64,000 nt of DNA from the NCBI RefSeq assembly GCF_055900595.2, contig NZ_CM148325.1; one strand, given 5' to 3'. The notes beneath the pieces were generated by a model. The model was given only the letters and a program-made list of their open reading frames with translations. It was not told the DNA's origin and searched no databases. Numbering within the stretch: the stretch's first letter is position 1; every line of letters starts with the position of its first letter. Below are positions 44,578 to 61,150 of the stretch, piece after piece. The translations under genes were made by a program, and so were the position numbers.

Positions 44578-45570
44578 TCGCTGCGCAATATTGACTCTTG
44601 TCACTGGCGAACTCTGGCGATTCTCCCACAGCACCGTTAATCCACGCTGTAAGGCAATAAAAATGAACAGCAAAATGCCGATGGCGATTTTCGTCCACCA
44701 GGAACTCAGCGTACCGTCAAAGTTGATATATGTCTGAATCAGTCCCTGAATCGCCACGCCAAAAAGCGTCCCAAGTACTGTTCCAACGCCACCGCTCAAA
44801 AGTGTACCGCCAATCACCACTGAGGCGATAGCGTCCAGTTCCACACCTACGCCCGCCAGCGCATATCCGGCTTGGGTATAAATCGAGAAAACAATCCCCG
44901 CCAGTGTTGCCAGCCCGGTGGAGAGCATATAAATGCGAATAGTGGTGCTGCGAGTGGAAATGCCCATCAGGTTCGCCGACGTCGCGTTGCCACCAATGGC
45001 GTATACCTGATTACCAAAACGGGTACGATGCGCGAGGAATATGCCGATAACCACCACCGCAAGCATCAGCAGCCCCATCGCACTTAAGCGACCGCCGCCA
45101 GGGATTTTCCATGCAAGGCTTGAGAGCGTGTCATAAACAGGATGATTTATCGGGATCGACTCTTCCGAAACGAGATAGCTGACGCCACGCAAAAAGAACA
45201 TTCCTGCCAGAGTAATGATAAACGCCGGGATCTTCAGGGCGTCGATCAAAAGCCCCATAAATGCGCCAAAGGCACAGCCCATCACCAGCACCAGTGGAAA
45301 CGCCAGCAGCGGCGAGAGGCCGAAATCGCCAATCACTTTTGCCAGAAACACGCCGGTAAAGGCGATCACCGAACCGACGGAGAGATCGATCCCACCGGAG
45401 AGGATCACAAAGGTCATGCCAACGGCGATGATCCCCAGAAAAGCGTTATCGGTCAGGATATTGCAGATCACTCTTGTGGAAGCAAAACCGGGAAACTGCG
45501 TCAGACAGTAGAGATAACCCAGCACAAAGACGCCGATGGTGATCATAAGCGGCAGGTTACGTTTTATCAC
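44575..45570 (-). CDS. yjfF: Galactofuranose ABC transporter permease (331 aa)
   Basis: Polytopic permease beginning MIKRNLPLMITIGVFVLGYLYCL...; last gene of the ytfQRT-yjfF operon. Confidence 0.85.
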   Translation of the reverse strand: MIKRNLPLMITIGVFVLGYLYCLTQFPGFASTRVICNILTDNAFLGIIAVGMTFVILSGGIDLSVGSVIAFTGVFLAKVIGDFGLSPLLAFPLVLVMGCAFGAFMGLLIDALKIPAFIITLAGMFFLRGVSYLVSEESIPINHPVYDTLSSLAWKIPGGGRLSAMGLLMLAVVVIGIFLAHRTRFGNQVYAIGGNATSANLMGISTRSTTIRIYMLSTGLATLAGIVFSIYTQAGYALAGVGVELDAIASVVIGGTLLSGGVGTVLGTLFGVAIQGLIQTYINFDGTLSSWWTKIAIGILLFIFIALQRGLTVLWENRQSSPVTRVNIAQR

Positions 45571-46582
45571 GGCTACGCACTCCTTTAATCAGACTGATAA
45601 AGCGTTGCGACTGAACAATCAGCACGCAAAGCACCACTACCGCTTTCACCACCTGGTTCATCTCTGGCGGAAAGCCAGAAAGTAAAATTCCGGTGTTCAT
45701 CCCCTGAATAATCAGCGCCCCTACCACTGAGAGCAGCAGGTTAAAACGCCCGCCCATCAGCGATCCGCCGCCAATCACCACCGCAAGAATGGCGTCCAGC
45801 TCCAGCCATAATCCGGCGTTGTTGGCATCGGCACCGCGAATATCCGCCGCCACGATAATGCCCGCAATCGCCGCACACAGCCCGCTCAACACATAAGTGA
45901 GCATGACGATGATTCGTGTGTTGACTCCGGCATTTTTTGCCGCCCGAATGTTGATACCAACGGCTTCGATAAACATCCCCAGTGCCGTTTTGCGGGTCAA
46001 CAGCCAGAAGAGGAGAAGCGTCAGTACCGCAATAATGACTGGTGTTGGCAGGAACACCAGCGATCCGCTGCCAAACCATGAGAGATCCGGCGAGTTAAAC
46101 GTGACGATCTGTCCGGAGGTGATCAGTTGCGCCACGCCGCGCCCGGCGACCATCAGGATCAGGGTGGCGACAAACGGCTGAATTTTGAGGATCGCTACCA
46201 GTATGCCGTTCCACAACCCCGCCAGGATGCCGGTGCCCAGGGCGCTTAACAAAACAATCGGCAGGCTGAATCCCGCGACCGTCATCGCAGCCGTTGTGGC
46301 TCCGGCGATAGCCATCACCGCCCCTACGGAGAGATCGATACCACCGGTGGCGATAACCAGCGTCATGCCAATCGCCAGTAGCGCAACCGGGGCGGCGCGA
46401 TTAAGAATGTCGATGGGGCTACCGAACAAACGCCCATCCTGAAGCACGACCTGCCAGAAATGCGGGGCCACCAGGCTATCGACCAGCAGCACCAGCAATA
46501 GCGCCGCCAGCTGCGGCATTCCCGTTGGCCAGCGAAAGCGCCTTTTCGACGGCGTAGTGTCCGGGAGAGATTGAGGCATCAC
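45557..46582 (-). CDS. ytfT: Galactofuranose ABC transporter permease (341 aa)
   Basis: Start placed at the GTG (46582) preceding MPQSLPDTTPSKRRF; the 3' end overlaps the yjfF start by 14 nt. Confidence 0.8.
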   Translation of the reverse strand: MMPQSLPDTTPSKRRFRWPTGMPQLAALLLVLLVDSLVAPHFWQVVLQDGRLFGSPIDILNRAAPVALLAIGMTLVIATGGIDLSVGAVMAIAGATTAAMTVAGFSLPIVLLSALGTGILAGLWNGILVAILKIQPFVATLILMVAGRGVAQLITSGQIVTFNSPDLSWFGSGSLVFLPTPVIIAVLTLLLFWLLTRKTALGMFIEAVGINIRAAKNAGVNTRIIVMLTYVLSGLCAAIAGIIVAADIRGADANNAGLWLELDAILAVVIGGGSLMGGRFNLLLSVVGALIIQGMNTGILLSGFPPEMNQVVKAVVVLCVLIVQSQRFISLIKGVRSRDKT

Positions 46583-46592
46583 ACAGTTCTCC

Positions 46593-48095
46593 TTACGCCG
46601 CAATGGCGTTCATGATCGCCGGAACGGAAAGCTCTGCCAGCGGGATCTCCGCAACCTGTTTGCGATCGCGCATGATAATCACCCGGTCGGCATAGCCCAC
46701 CAGCTCTTCCAGTTCGGAGGAGATCACCAGCAGCGCCAGACCATCGGCGCATAGCGTTTCAATCAGGAGGATGATCTCAGCGTGGGCACCAACATCAATG
46801 CCGCGCGTTGGCTCGTCGAGGATCAGAAATTGTGGACGAGTCAGCAGCCAGCGAGAGAGCAGCACTTTTTGCTGATTGCCACCGGAGAGAAACTCAATCG
46901 GCTGTTCGGTGGAAGGTGTGCGAATGCCAAGCTGGCGGATAAAGCGTTCGGCAATCTCTTGCTGTTCTTTGCGCGAAATCGGCCGTAACCAGCCGCGCTG
47001 GGCCTGGAGAGCGAGGATGATATTTTCCCGCACCGAGGCGGCGGCGATGATGCCATCGGTTTTCCTGTCTTCCGGGCAGAAGCCGATACCCAGTACCGAC
47101 GCCTGATGTGGGGATCGCAGGGTTTGCTGTTTGCCTTTGATCAACGCCGTGCCGCTGTCAGCAGGTTTGATACCGAAGATCACTTCGGCGGTTTCGGTAC
47201 GTCCTGATCCCAGCAGACCTGCCAGTCCGACGATCTCGCCGGGGCGCACTTCGAGATCGAACGGTGCGATTGTTCCTTTTTTGCCGTAATTTTTGAACGC
47301 GGCAACGGGTTTGTCGCTTAACAATGTTCGCCCGGCACGCTGCAGCGCGTGGGTGTCCAGTTCGCGCCCCAGCATCATTTTTACCAGTTCGATCTGCGGT
47401 AGCTCGCGGGTTTCCCGACAGCCAACAAAACTGCCGTTGCGTAAGACAGTGATCCGATCGCTGACCTGATAGACCTGATCGAGAAAGTGAGTGACAAAGA
47501 TCAGGCTGACGCCGCGATCGCGCAACTGATGCATCAGGCCAAACAGTAACTCTACTTCCTGAGTGTCGAGGCTGGCGGTGGGTTCATCGAGGATCAGCAC
47601 TTTGGCGGAGAGATCAATGGCCCGACAAATGGCGACTATTTGCTGCATCGCCACCGAAAAGCGGTTGAGCGGTTCCCGCACGTCGAGGGAGAAACCGTAA
47701 GATGCCATCAGTTCGGTGGCGCGCTTTTCCATCTCTTTACGGCGTAGAAGGCCGAAACGTTTGGGTTCGCGACCTATGAATAGATTATCAGCGACCGACA
47801 TATTGGGTAGCAGGTTGACTTCCTGATAGACGGTGCCGATGCCGAGTTGTTGTGCGTGGGCGGTATTTTTCGGTGAGATAGTCTGGCCTTCCAGCCAGAT
47901 GGTGCCACGATCGGCGTGGTAGACACCGGTTAATGCTTTGATTAGCGTTGATTTTCCCGCCCCGTTTTCACCGAGCAGCGCCATGATTTCACCACGGCGC
48001 AGGCTGAAATCAACGTTGTCTAACGCTTTGACGCCGGGGAAAAATTTACTTAATCCTTCGGTGCGGAGGATTTCCTGGTGTTGGTTAGTATTCAT
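46593..48095 (-). CDS. ytfR: Galactofuranose ABC transporter ATP-binding protein, duplicated ABC domains (500 aa)
   Basis: Two Walker A sites (GENGAGKST and GLLGSGRT) and two LSGG signatures; start placed at MNTNQHQEIL, inside the ORF-track extension. Confidence 0.85.
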   Translation of the reverse strand: MNTNQHQEILRTEGLSKFFPGVKALDNVDFSLRRGEIMALLGENGAGKSTLIKALTGVYHADRGTIWLEGQTISPKNTAHAQQLGIGTVYQEVNLLPNMSVADNLFIGREPKRFGLLRRKEMEKRATELMASYGFSLDVREPLNRFSVAMQQIVAICRAIDLSAKVLILDEPTASLDTQEVELLFGLMHQLRDRGVSLIFVTHFLDQVYQVSDRITVLRNGSFVGCRETRELPQIELVKMMLGRELDTHALQRAGRTLLSDKPVAAFKNYGKKGTIAPFDLEVRPGEIVGLAGLLGSGRTETAEVIFGIKPADSGTALIKGKQQTLRSPHQASVLGIGFCPEDRKTDGIIAAASVRENIILALQAQRGWLRPISRKEQQEIAERFIRQLGIRTPSTEQPIEFLSGGNQQKVLLSRWLLTRPQFLILDEPTRGIDVGAHAEIILLIETLCADGLALLVISSELEELVGYADRVIIMRDRKQVAEIPLAELSVPAIMNAIAA

Positions 48096-48116
48096 AGTTT
48101 CCCCCGTTGTAAAGCG

Positions 48117-48198
48117 TGCGCCAGATAAGACACAACAGCGTCGCATCAGGCATCTCGCACAACCGCCGGATGCGGCGTGAATGCCTTATCCGGCGGCC
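48117..48198. repeat. BIME / REP cluster between ytfR and ytfQ
   Basis: gcgccagataagacacaacagcgtcgcatcaggca and gccggatgcggcgtgaatgccttatccggcggccc. Confidence 0.7.
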
Positions 48199-48227
48199 CA
48201 CAAGTCGGCATCAGGCATTGATGCCCC

Positions 48228-49184
48228 TCAATACCCCATGTTTTTCTTCTTCTCTAACTCTTCTTTTGCAGTATCAGGCAGGTAAAGGGTGGACTTGGTC
48301 AGGGTCAGCTTTTCAGGCATGGTGCCGTCTTTTTTATATTTCTCCAGCGCATCAAAAGCGGGGCCTGCCATGTTCGGCGTCAGTTCAACGCTGGCGTTCG
48401 CTTCGCCATCAATCATCGCTTTGTAGATGTCCGGCACGCCGTCGATAGAGCCTGTCAGGATATCTTTGCCCGGTTTCAGGCCCGCTTCTTTAATTGCCTG
48501 AATTGCACCAATCACCATGTCATCGTTATGGGCGTAAACCATGCAGATGTTTTTGCCGTTGTTTTCCGCTTTGATAAAGCTCTCCATCACTTCTTTGCCT
48601 TTGCTGCGGGTGAAGTCACCTGACTGCGAGCGGATAATTTTGATATTTGGCGCATTCTTAATGGCTTCGGCAAAGCCTTTCTTACGGTCAATGGCGACGC
48701 TGGCCCCAACGGTGCCCTGCAGCTCCACCACGTTGCATGGTTTGCCATTCACTTCTTTTACCAGCCAGTCACCGATCAATTTGCCTTCGAGGATGTTGTC
48801 GGCAGTGACGGTGGTCATATAGAGAGATTTGTCTTTCACATCGATGGAACGGTCAAGCAAGAAGACCGGGATTTCGGCATCTTTCGCCTCTTTTAATACC
48901 GGCTCCCAACCGGTCGCTACCACCGGAGCGATAAAGATCGCATCCACCCCTTGCGCGACGAAGGAACGTACCGCTTTAATCTGGTTTTCCTGCTTTTGCT
49001 GACCATCGGCAATTTTCAACGTAATTCCGCGCTTTTCGGCTTCACTTTTCGCCACATTGGTTTCTGCGGCGCGCCAGCCGGATTCCGATCCGACCTGCGA
49101 AAATCCTACGGTTAATGGAGCGGCCAACGCCATAGACGACATGGCTGCCGAGACTGCAGAGACTACAAGTAAGCGTTTCCACAT
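48228..49184 (-). CDS. ytfQ: Periplasmic galactofuranose-binding protein (318 aa)
   Basis: Signal peptide MWKRLLVVSAVSAAMSSMALA; periplasmic sugar-binding fold. Confidence 0.9.
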   Translation of the reverse strand: MWKRLLVVSAVSAAMSSMALAAPLTVGFSQVGSESGWRAAETNVAKSEAEKRGITLKIADGQQKQENQIKAVRSFVAQGVDAIFIAPVVATGWEPVLKEAKDAEIPVFLLDRSIDVKDKSLYMTTVTADNILEGKLIGDWLVKEVNGKPCNVVELQGTVGASVAIDRKKGFAEAIKNAPNIKIIRSQSGDFTRSKGKEVMESFIKAENNGKNICMVYAHNDDMVIGAIQAIKEAGLKPGKDILTGSIDGVPDIYKAMIDGEANASVELTPNMAGPAFDALEKYKKDGTMPEKLTLTKSTLYLPDTAKEELEKKKNMGY

Positions 49185-49493
49185 AGGGTTGTCCTCGTCG
49201 GGGTAATTATTATTGGTGAAAAGATGTTCGCGAAAAAACTATAGACAATTCGTTATGTAACGGATTGCGTTACATCACACTTCAAAAAAGTAAATAAAAC
49301 GTTAATCACAAGTTTGTAATCGCTTTCATCTCACTATGAAAAATGCGGCTACGGTTATGGATTTTCCTGCTCTGTAAACCTTCTTAAAACTGGCGAAAAA
49401 GGAAAATGAAGACGAAAACAAGCGAAGACATTCGGCGCGAGTTGGCTATAATACTCGGCACTTGTTTGCCACATATTTTTAAAGGAAACAGAC

Positions 49494-50024
49494 ATGAGCT
49501 TACTCAACGTCCCTGCGGGTAAAGATCTGCCGGAAGACATCTACGTTGTTATTGAGATCCCGGCTAACGCAGATCCGATCAAATACGAAATCGACAAAGA
49601 GAGCGGCGCACTGTTCGTTGACCGCTTCATGTCCACTGCGATGTTCTATCCGTGCAACTACGGTTACATCAACCACACCCTGTCTCTGGACGGTGACCCG
49701 GTTGACGTACTGGTCCCGACTCCGTACCCGCTGCAGCCAGGTTCCGTGATTCGCTGCCGTCCGGTTGGCGTTCTGAAAATGACCGACGAAGCCGGTGAAG
49801 ATGCGAAACTGATTGCTGTTCCGCACACCAAGCTGAGCAAAGAATACGATCACATCAAAGACGTTAACGATCTGCCTGAACTGCTGAAAGCACAGATCGC
49901 TCACTTCTTCGAGCACTACAAAGACCTCGAAAAAGGCAAGTGGGTGAAAGTTGAAGGCTGGGAAAACGCAGAAGCCGCTAAAGCTGAAATCGTTGCCTCC
50001 TTCGAGCGCGCAAAGAATAAATAA
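49494..50024 (+). CDS. ppa: Inorganic pyrophosphatase (176 aa)
   Basis: Translation [45 protein letters not shown]... Confidence 0.95.
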   Translation: MSLLNVPAGKDLPEDIYVVIEIPANADPIKYEIDKESGALFVDRFMSTAMFYPCNYGYINHTLSLDGDPVDVLVPTPYPLQPGSVIRCRPVGVLKMTDEAGEDAKLIAVPHTKLSKEYDHIKDVNDLPELLKAQIAHFFEHYKDLEKGKWVKVEGWENAEAAKAEIVASFERAKNK

Positions 50025-50359
50025 GTTCTTCTAGTGCCATAACCCTGAACGCCGGGCTTCGGTTAGTAAGGGTTTTTTATGCCCGCGATAAATAAACTCT
50101 CTATTCCCCTATCATTATTCTCAGCGCTTGCAAGGCTTGAACGGTAAGAACAAGCAAACACGACCACCATTTTGCTGTTCATAGCCGCTTGCTGGAAATT
50201 AGCCGACCTCACTCATTCTCACCGTTCAAAGCATGCCCCCGTTTTACCCCTACGTAATTGTGAACGCCAGCAGAGTTTTTTATGCGTTTACGGATATGGA
50301 AAGCGGCTCGGAGAGAAAAGCTAAAGATGGGGAAGTTACAAAAAAAATCGCGAGATACA

Positions 50360-50400
50360 TCGCATAAAACAACGCCACCCGAAGGTGGCGTGCTTTTATT
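50360..50400. terminator. Bidirectional terminator immediately 3' of ytfP
   Basis: cgccacc-cgaa-ggtggcg flanked by A/T-rich runs on both sides (aaaacaa before, tgcttttatt after). Confidence 0.5.
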
Positions 50401-50401
50401 A

Positions 50402-50743
50402 TTACTTATCCCTGTCTAACCAGTCGCCGCTTTCAATTAGCTTTAATCCATCGACGGGTCGTTGATAAACGTACATCCATGCACTCCCGTACGGCGTCTG
50501 AATCAACTGGCGCGCGTATTCACCGCCCCTGGTGCGCAAGGCATCAAGTTCGGCCAGCGTGGCGTTGTCAATACGATAAACTTCACCGTGTACTGTTCCG
50601 TTCCCCGGAACTGCGCCTGGATAGTGGCCCAGGCTATACAACTGGTAGTTATCGATACTGAAATCGCCCAGTAACTGGGCATTGGTCATCCAGTGACTGT
50701 TGCCTTGTTTGTGGCGTAAACTGCCGTAGACAAATATTCGCAT
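50402..50743 (-). CDS. ytfP: Gamma-glutamylcyclotransferase-family protein (113 aa)
   Basis: Translation MRIFVYGSLRHKQGNSHWMTNAQLLGDF...; the YGSL motif is typical of the GGCT/AIG2 fold. Confidence 0.85.
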   Translation of the reverse strand: MRIFVYGSLRHKQGNSHWMTNAQLLGDFSIDNYQLYSLGHYPGAVPGNGTVHGEVYRIDNATLAELDALRTRGGEYARQLIQTPYGSAWMYVYQRPVDGLKLIESGDWLDRDK

Positions 50744-50745
50744 TG

Positions 50746-56297
<5,552 letters not shown>

Positions 56298-56460
56298 TTA
56301 AACGGCTTAACAAAAATCCAGTAATATGGATTAAAAAGCAGACTAAACCCCAAATATTTCTTATGTTTTACTTTAGACCTATTCACGGTGGTTATTGTGT
56401 GCAAATACGTCTCTTGTTACAACCTTAACCCCAATGACCGATTTTCGGGAGAGCGACACC

Positions 56461-57099
56461 ATGAGTTTATTTGATAAAAAGCATCTGGTTTCCCCCGCCG
56501 ATGCCCTGCCTGGACGTAACACCCCGATGCCCGTAGCCACGCTGCATGCGGTCAATGGTCACTCAATGACCAATGTACCTGACGGAATGGAGATTGCCAT
56601 TTTTGCGATGGGTTGTTTCTGGGGTGTGGAGCGTCTGTTCTGGCAGTTACCCGGCGTTTACAGCACCGCCGCAGGTTACACCGGCGGATATACGCCAAAC
56701 CCCACTTATCGGGAAGTGTGCTCCGGTGATACTGGTCATGCCGAAGCGGTGCGCATTGTTTACGATCCTTCCGTCATCAGCTATGAGCAGTTGCTACAAG
56801 TATTTTGGGAGAATCACGATCCCGCCCAGGGAATGCGTCAGGGCAATGACCACGGCACGCAGTATCGTTCAGCGATTTATCCGCTGACCCCAGAACAGGA
56901 TGCCGCCGCTCGTGCCAGTCTGGAGCGTTTTCAGGCGGCGATGCTTGCCGCCGATGACGATCGTCACATCACCACGGAAATCGCTAACGCCTCACCATTT
57001 TATTATGCCGAAGATGACCACCAGCAATATCTGCATAAAAACCCATATGGTTACTGTGGAATTGGCGGAATTGGCGTCTGTCTGCCGCCGGAAGCATAG
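56461..57099 (+). CDS. msrA: Peptide methionine sulfoxide reductase A (212 aa)
   Basis: Active-site GCFWG motif; start placed at MSLFDKKHL, 66 nt inside the ORF-track start. Confidence 0.9.
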   Translation: MSLFDKKHLVSPADALPGRNTPMPVATLHAVNGHSMTNVPDGMEIAIFAMGCFWGVERLFWQLPGVYSTAAGYTGGYTPNPTYREVCSGDTGHAEAVRIVYDPSVISYEQLLQVFWENHDPAQGMRQGNDHGTQYRSAIYPLTPEQDAAARASLERFQAAMLAADDDRHITTEIANASPFYYAEDDHQQYLHKNPYGYCGIGGIGVCLPPEA

Positions 57100-57146
57100 C
57101 GTTACGGTTACAAATTCAGATTGTTGATAAAGTGAGCTTTGTATAT

Positions 57147-57245
57147 GCCGGATGCGGCGTAAACGCCTTGCCAGGCCTACAAAACCCTCAAAATTCAATG
57201 TATTGCAGAGACTTCGTAGGCCTGAACAGCATAGCGCATCAGGCA
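57147..57245. repeat. BIME (inverted REP pair) downstream of msrA
   Basis: gccggatgcggcgtaaacgccttgccaggcctac and gtaggcctgaacagcatagcgcatcaggca. Confidence 0.7.
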
Positions 57246-57421
57246 GTTTTGCATTTATCAGTCGTCTGAATTTTAACCCTCTGGCGACTTTACAGTACCT
57301 TACGCTATACTAGCCACTGAAAATGCCGGTTCACTTTCTTCGAATCGGCTTTCAATGTGTATTTCACACAAATTAATCAACTTCCCCTTCCGAGGATCTG
57401 GCCTGAAAGGTCGGATAAGAT

Positions 57422-58765
57422 ATGTTAAACAGTATTTTTGTCATACTCTGCTTGATCGCTGTAAGTGCGTTCTTCTCGATGTCCGAGATCTCACTTGCCG
57501 CTTCACGCAAAATCAAACTAAAACTGCTGGCTGATGAAGGCAATATAAATGCCCAACGCGTTCTGAATATGCAAGAAAATCCTGGCATGTTCTTTACCGT
57601 GGTACAAATCGGTCTTAACGCAGTGGCGATTCTCGGCGGTATTGTCGGTGATGCGGCGTTTTCTCCAGCTTTTCACAGCCTGTTTTCCCGCTATATGTCG
57701 GCGGAACTCTCTGAGCAACTGAGCTTTATTCTCTCTTTCTCGTTAGTAACTGGCATGTTTATCCTGTTTGCGGATTTAACTCCGAAACGCATCGGTATGA
57801 TTGCGCCAGAAGCGGTGGCTTTGCGTATCATCAACCCGATGCGCTTCTGCCTGTACGTTTGCACCCCGTTGGTGTGGTTCTTCAACGGCCTGGCGAATAT
57901 GATCTTCCGTATCTTTAAACTGCCAATGGTACGTAAAGATGACATCACTTCTGATGACATCTATGCAGTTGTGGAAGCAGGTGCACTGGCGGGCGTGTTA
58001 CGTAAACAGGAACACGAGCTGATAGAAAACGTCTTTGAGCTGGAATCCCGTACCGTTCCGTCGTCAATGACACCGCGTGAAAACGTGATTTGGTTTGATC
58101 TCCACGAAGATGAGCAAAGTCTGAAGAATAAGGTGGCGGAACATCCGCACTCGAAATTTCTCGTCTGTAATGAAGATATTGACCACATCATCGGCTATGT
58201 CGATTCTAAAGACCTGCTGAACCGCGTGCTGGCTAACCAAAGCCTGGCACTGAACAGCGGCGTACAAATTCGCAACACACTGATTGTGCCGGATACATTA
58301 ACCCTTTCAGAGGCATTGGAAAGTTTTAAAACTGCGGGTGAAGACTTCGCGGTGATCATGAACGAGTACGCGCTGGTCGTGGGGATCATCACCCTCAACG
58401 ACGTAATGACCACACTAATGGGCGATCTGGTCGGTCAGGGACTGGAAGAGCAGATTGTCGCCCGTGATGAGAACTCATGGTTGATTGATGGCGGCACCCC
58501 GATTGACGACGTAATGCGTGTGCTGGATATTGATGAGTTCCCGCAGTCAGGCAACTACGAAACCATCGGCGGCTTTATGATGTTTATGCTGCGTAAAATC
58601 CCGAAACGCACCGACTCGGTGAAATTCGCCGGCTACAAATTTGAAGTGGTGGATATCGATAACTACCGCATCGACCAGTTGCTGGTAACGCGGATCGACA
58701 GCAAGGCCACCGCCCTTTCGCCCAAACTGCCTGACGTTAAAGATAAAGAAGAAAACGTCGCGTAA
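57422..58765 (+). CDS. ytfL: UPF0053/CNNM-family inner membrane protein with CBS and CorC-HlyC domains (447 aa)
   Basis: N-terminal DUF21 membrane region, then a CBS pair and C-terminal transporter-associated domain. Confidence 0.85.
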   Translation: MLNSIFVILCLIAVSAFFSMSEISLAASRKIKLKLLADEGNINAQRVLNMQENPGMFFTVVQIGLNAVAILGGIVGDAAFSPAFHSLFSRYMSAELSEQLSFILSFSLVTGMFILFADLTPKRIGMIAPEAVALRIINPMRFCLYVCTPLVWFFNGLANMIFRIFKLPMVRKDDITSDDIYAVVEAGALAGVLRKQEHELIENVFELESRTVPSSMTPRENVIWFDLHEDEQSLKNKVAEHPHSKFLVCNEDIDHIIGYVDSKDLLNRVLANQSLALNSGVQIRNTLIVPDTLTLSEALESFKTAGEDFAVIMNEYALVVGIITLNDVMTTLMGDLVGQGLEEQIVARDENSWLIDGGTPIDDVMRVLDIDEFPQSGNYETIGGFMMFMLRKIPKRTDSVKFAGYKFEVVDIDNYRIDQLLVTRIDSKATALSPKLPDVKDKEENVA

Positions 58766-58780
58766 CCCCAAGAAACATCA

Positions 58781-58810
58781 ACGGCTCCTGAATCAGGAGC
58801 CGTCTTATTT
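58781..58810. terminator. Bidirectional terminator between ytfL and ytfK
   Basis: acggctcctga-atcaggagccgt perfect inverted repeat followed by cttattt. Confidence 0.5.
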
Positions 58811-58827
58811 ACTGCATAGCACTTTGG

Positions 58828-59034
58828 TTAAGCCATCTCTGTTTGCAGACGCATAACCTGACGGTTAACTTCGGACATCACTGACAAATGCAGCTTATCC
58901 TTCACTTTTGGGATAAGAATCTTACCCTTATCAAATTCAAAAGCGCCAACGTCCTTGATGTATAACCGTCCACGGAACAGGATCTTTACGTACTTCGCCA
59001 CCTGCAGTGGGTTGTACCGTTGGAAAATTTTCAT
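58828..59034 (-). CDS. ytfK: Small protein YtfK, DUF1107 (68 aa)
   Basis: Translation [68 protein letters not shown]; the ORF-track start at 59100 is an over-extension. Confidence 0.75.
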
Positions 59035-59359
59035 TGTTATCTCCTGCTGAGTATTACGCCTTTGCGGTGCCACAATCGGCCCAACTATTATGAGGCGCAA
59101 ATTTTAATGCTTAGTGACTATAGACTATCCGGGTAATGTTTCCACCGCGTATAACTTTTTTTACCTAAAGGTTACAATTATTCAGAATTATCTTTTTACC
59201 GAAGCGCGGTCTTCAGTATAAGCATTCATTTTTCATATGATTTGTGCGCTTGACCGCAAACTGGCATCACACTTGCGGGAAATTCGATAAATAGCACATA
59301 TGATTAAAAGTCAGACCCCAAGTGGTCGGATCACCTGCATATCATAAGAAGGATACACC

Positions 59360-59914
59360 ATGACCCTACGTAAGATTCTGGCACTCACCTGCCTGCTGTT
59401 GCCGATGATGGCTTCCGCACATCAGTTTGAAACCGGTCAACGAGTGCCACCGATAGGCATTACCGATCGGGGCGAGTTAGTGCTTGATAAAGATCAGTTT
59501 AGCTACAAAACCTGGAACAGCGCGCAGTTAGTGGGAAAAGTGCGAGTACTGCAACATATTGCTGGTCGCACCTCTGCAAAAGAGAAAAACGCGACGCTGA
59601 TTGAAGCGATTAAATCAGCAAAGTTACCGCACGATCGTTACCAGACCACCACCATTGTGAACACCGACGACGCGATTCCGGGTTCTGGCATGTTTGTGCG
59701 CAGCAGTCTGGAGAGTAATAAAAAGCTTTATCCCTGGTCGCAGTTTATTGTCGATAGCAATGGCATCGCGCGCGGTGCCTGGCAGCTAGATGAAGAAAGT
59801 TCCGCTGTAGCGGTGCTGGACAAAGACGGTCGAGTGCAATGGGCCAAAGACGGTGCGCTCACTCAGGAAGAGGTGCAGCAAGTGATGAACCTGCTGCAAA
59901 AGTTGCTCAAATAA
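59360..59914 (+). CDS. ytfJ: Periplasmic protein YtfJ (184 aa)
   Basis: Signal peptide MTLRKILALTCLLLPMMASA. Confidence 0.8.
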   Translation: MTLRKILALTCLLLPMMASAHQFETGQRVPPIGITDRGELVLDKDQFSYKTWNSAQLVGKVRVLQHIAGRTSAKEKNATLIEAIKSAKLPHDRYQTTTIVNTDDAIPGSGMFVRSSLESNKKLYPWSQFIVDSNGIARGAWQLDEESSAVAVLDKDGRVQWAKDGALTQEEVQQVMNLLQKLLK

Positions 59915-60014
59915 TGTTAATAACATAAATTCTGGAAAAATAAATTTCCCCTATCGATATATATGGGATAGGGGAATTAAGTCTCTGAGTTTTTACGCCG
60001 AACTCATACTAGTA

Positions 60015-60938
60015 TCAATAACCCTTATTCGCGTTTAACGGTTTTACCTCTTTTTTAAACGCTTCAATGGTAGATTTATATTTCTCGGAAATCTTTTCTT
60101 CGGTATAATTACCGTTTGCGGCCAGATTTGCACTTATAATCGCTTCCACTTGCTCGGTTATTTCCACTTGTTGGTAACCTGCATTAACCAGAAAATTATA
60201 AATAAGAGAGTAATCTTCACCCTGCAAAAAAATATAAGAGCCAGTTCGAAATTCCTCATCCCCTCCATAGATTTTAAGAGCAAAGCCCAAAGATTCTATG
60301 ACCATGGCATAATTTCCATTATTTATTTTCTCGCAAAAATACCATCCTTCACATTCTTTAATGCTACCTCCTGGCCCTTCAAGTTCAAATTTACCCCGTT
60401 TTAATTTGCTTACTACATTCTCAAAATAAGCAGAACCGTAAGACAAGCCACCCGCCGCCGTCCGAAAATAACCGTTAATCCTTTCAGGTATGTCAGACTG
60501 TTTTTTCTGCAAAATATCATAGGCATACAATCTTCTATTTTGTGCTAGTGGAAATTCACGGTTCTTAAAGTCTATAAATGAGTTATACTCATTTATTGTT
60601 ATAGAGATTTCTTCGTATTCAAATCCATTGCCTCGCAATGTCATTGTATATTCGGCACCGTTATCTTTAAGGCGGAAGCTGATAAGAAAATTATCCATGG
60701 CGTGAACGGTTTCATCTTTTGATGAAAGCACCTGATAACTATTTTTATCGATCTGTGTTGCTCTAAGAAAGAACTCCCTTAAAATTAACAGACTATCATA
60801 ATTCGAAATCCAATCCCTTTTCTTAAATGCATGCTGAATATTATTAAAGAAATTATTTGAATGTATTTTTGTATGCGATGACTTTACAAATAACTCCACT
60901 GCACCAAAAAAATTATTGTGTCTGATCTTGGGTAACAT
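60015..60938 (-). CDS. ytfI: AT-rich hypothetical protein at the position of K-12 ytfI (307 aa)
   Basis: Clean ORF with low G+C and an AT-rich upstream region; no recognisable catalytic motif; assignment by synteny between ytfJ and cysQ. Confidence 0.65.
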   Translation of the reverse strand: MLPKIRHNNFFGAVELFVKSSHTKIHSNNFFNNIQHAFKKRDWISNYDSLLILREFFLRATQIDKNSYQVLSSKDETVHAMDNFLISFRLKDNGAEYTMTLRGNGFEYEEISITINEYNSFIDFKNREFPLAQNRRLYAYDILQKKQSDIPERINGYFRTAAGGLSYGSAYFENVVSKLKRGKFELEGPGGSIKECEGWYFCEKINNGNYAMVIESLGFALKIYGGDEEFRTGSYIFLQGEDYSLIYNFLVNAGYQQVEITEQVEAIISANLAANGNYTEEKISEKYKSTIEAFKKEVKPLNANKGY

Positions 60939-61150
60939 ATGACAACCTTATTATATTTGGTTATTCTATGTCGCCATTAAATATCTTGTTAAAGAAGTAA
61001 ACTATCAAAAAACGCTCATTATTAAAATATAACTTATTAGCGTTAGAATATTTACACTTTAAATACAATCCCTTTATATCTATAACTTTTTAGGTTGGAA
61101 ACAAATCAGGATGGCAGAATCAGGAAATACACTGTTTCTGCCATCTGTAT

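Noticed and set aside
50282-50419. Small basic frame (about 45 codons) in the ppa-ytfP gap as a possible ChpS remnant
   Set aside because: The translation MRLRIWKAARREKLKMGKLQKKSRDTSHK... has no resemblance to ChpS/MazE, runs through the terminator hairpin and overlaps the ytfP 3' end.
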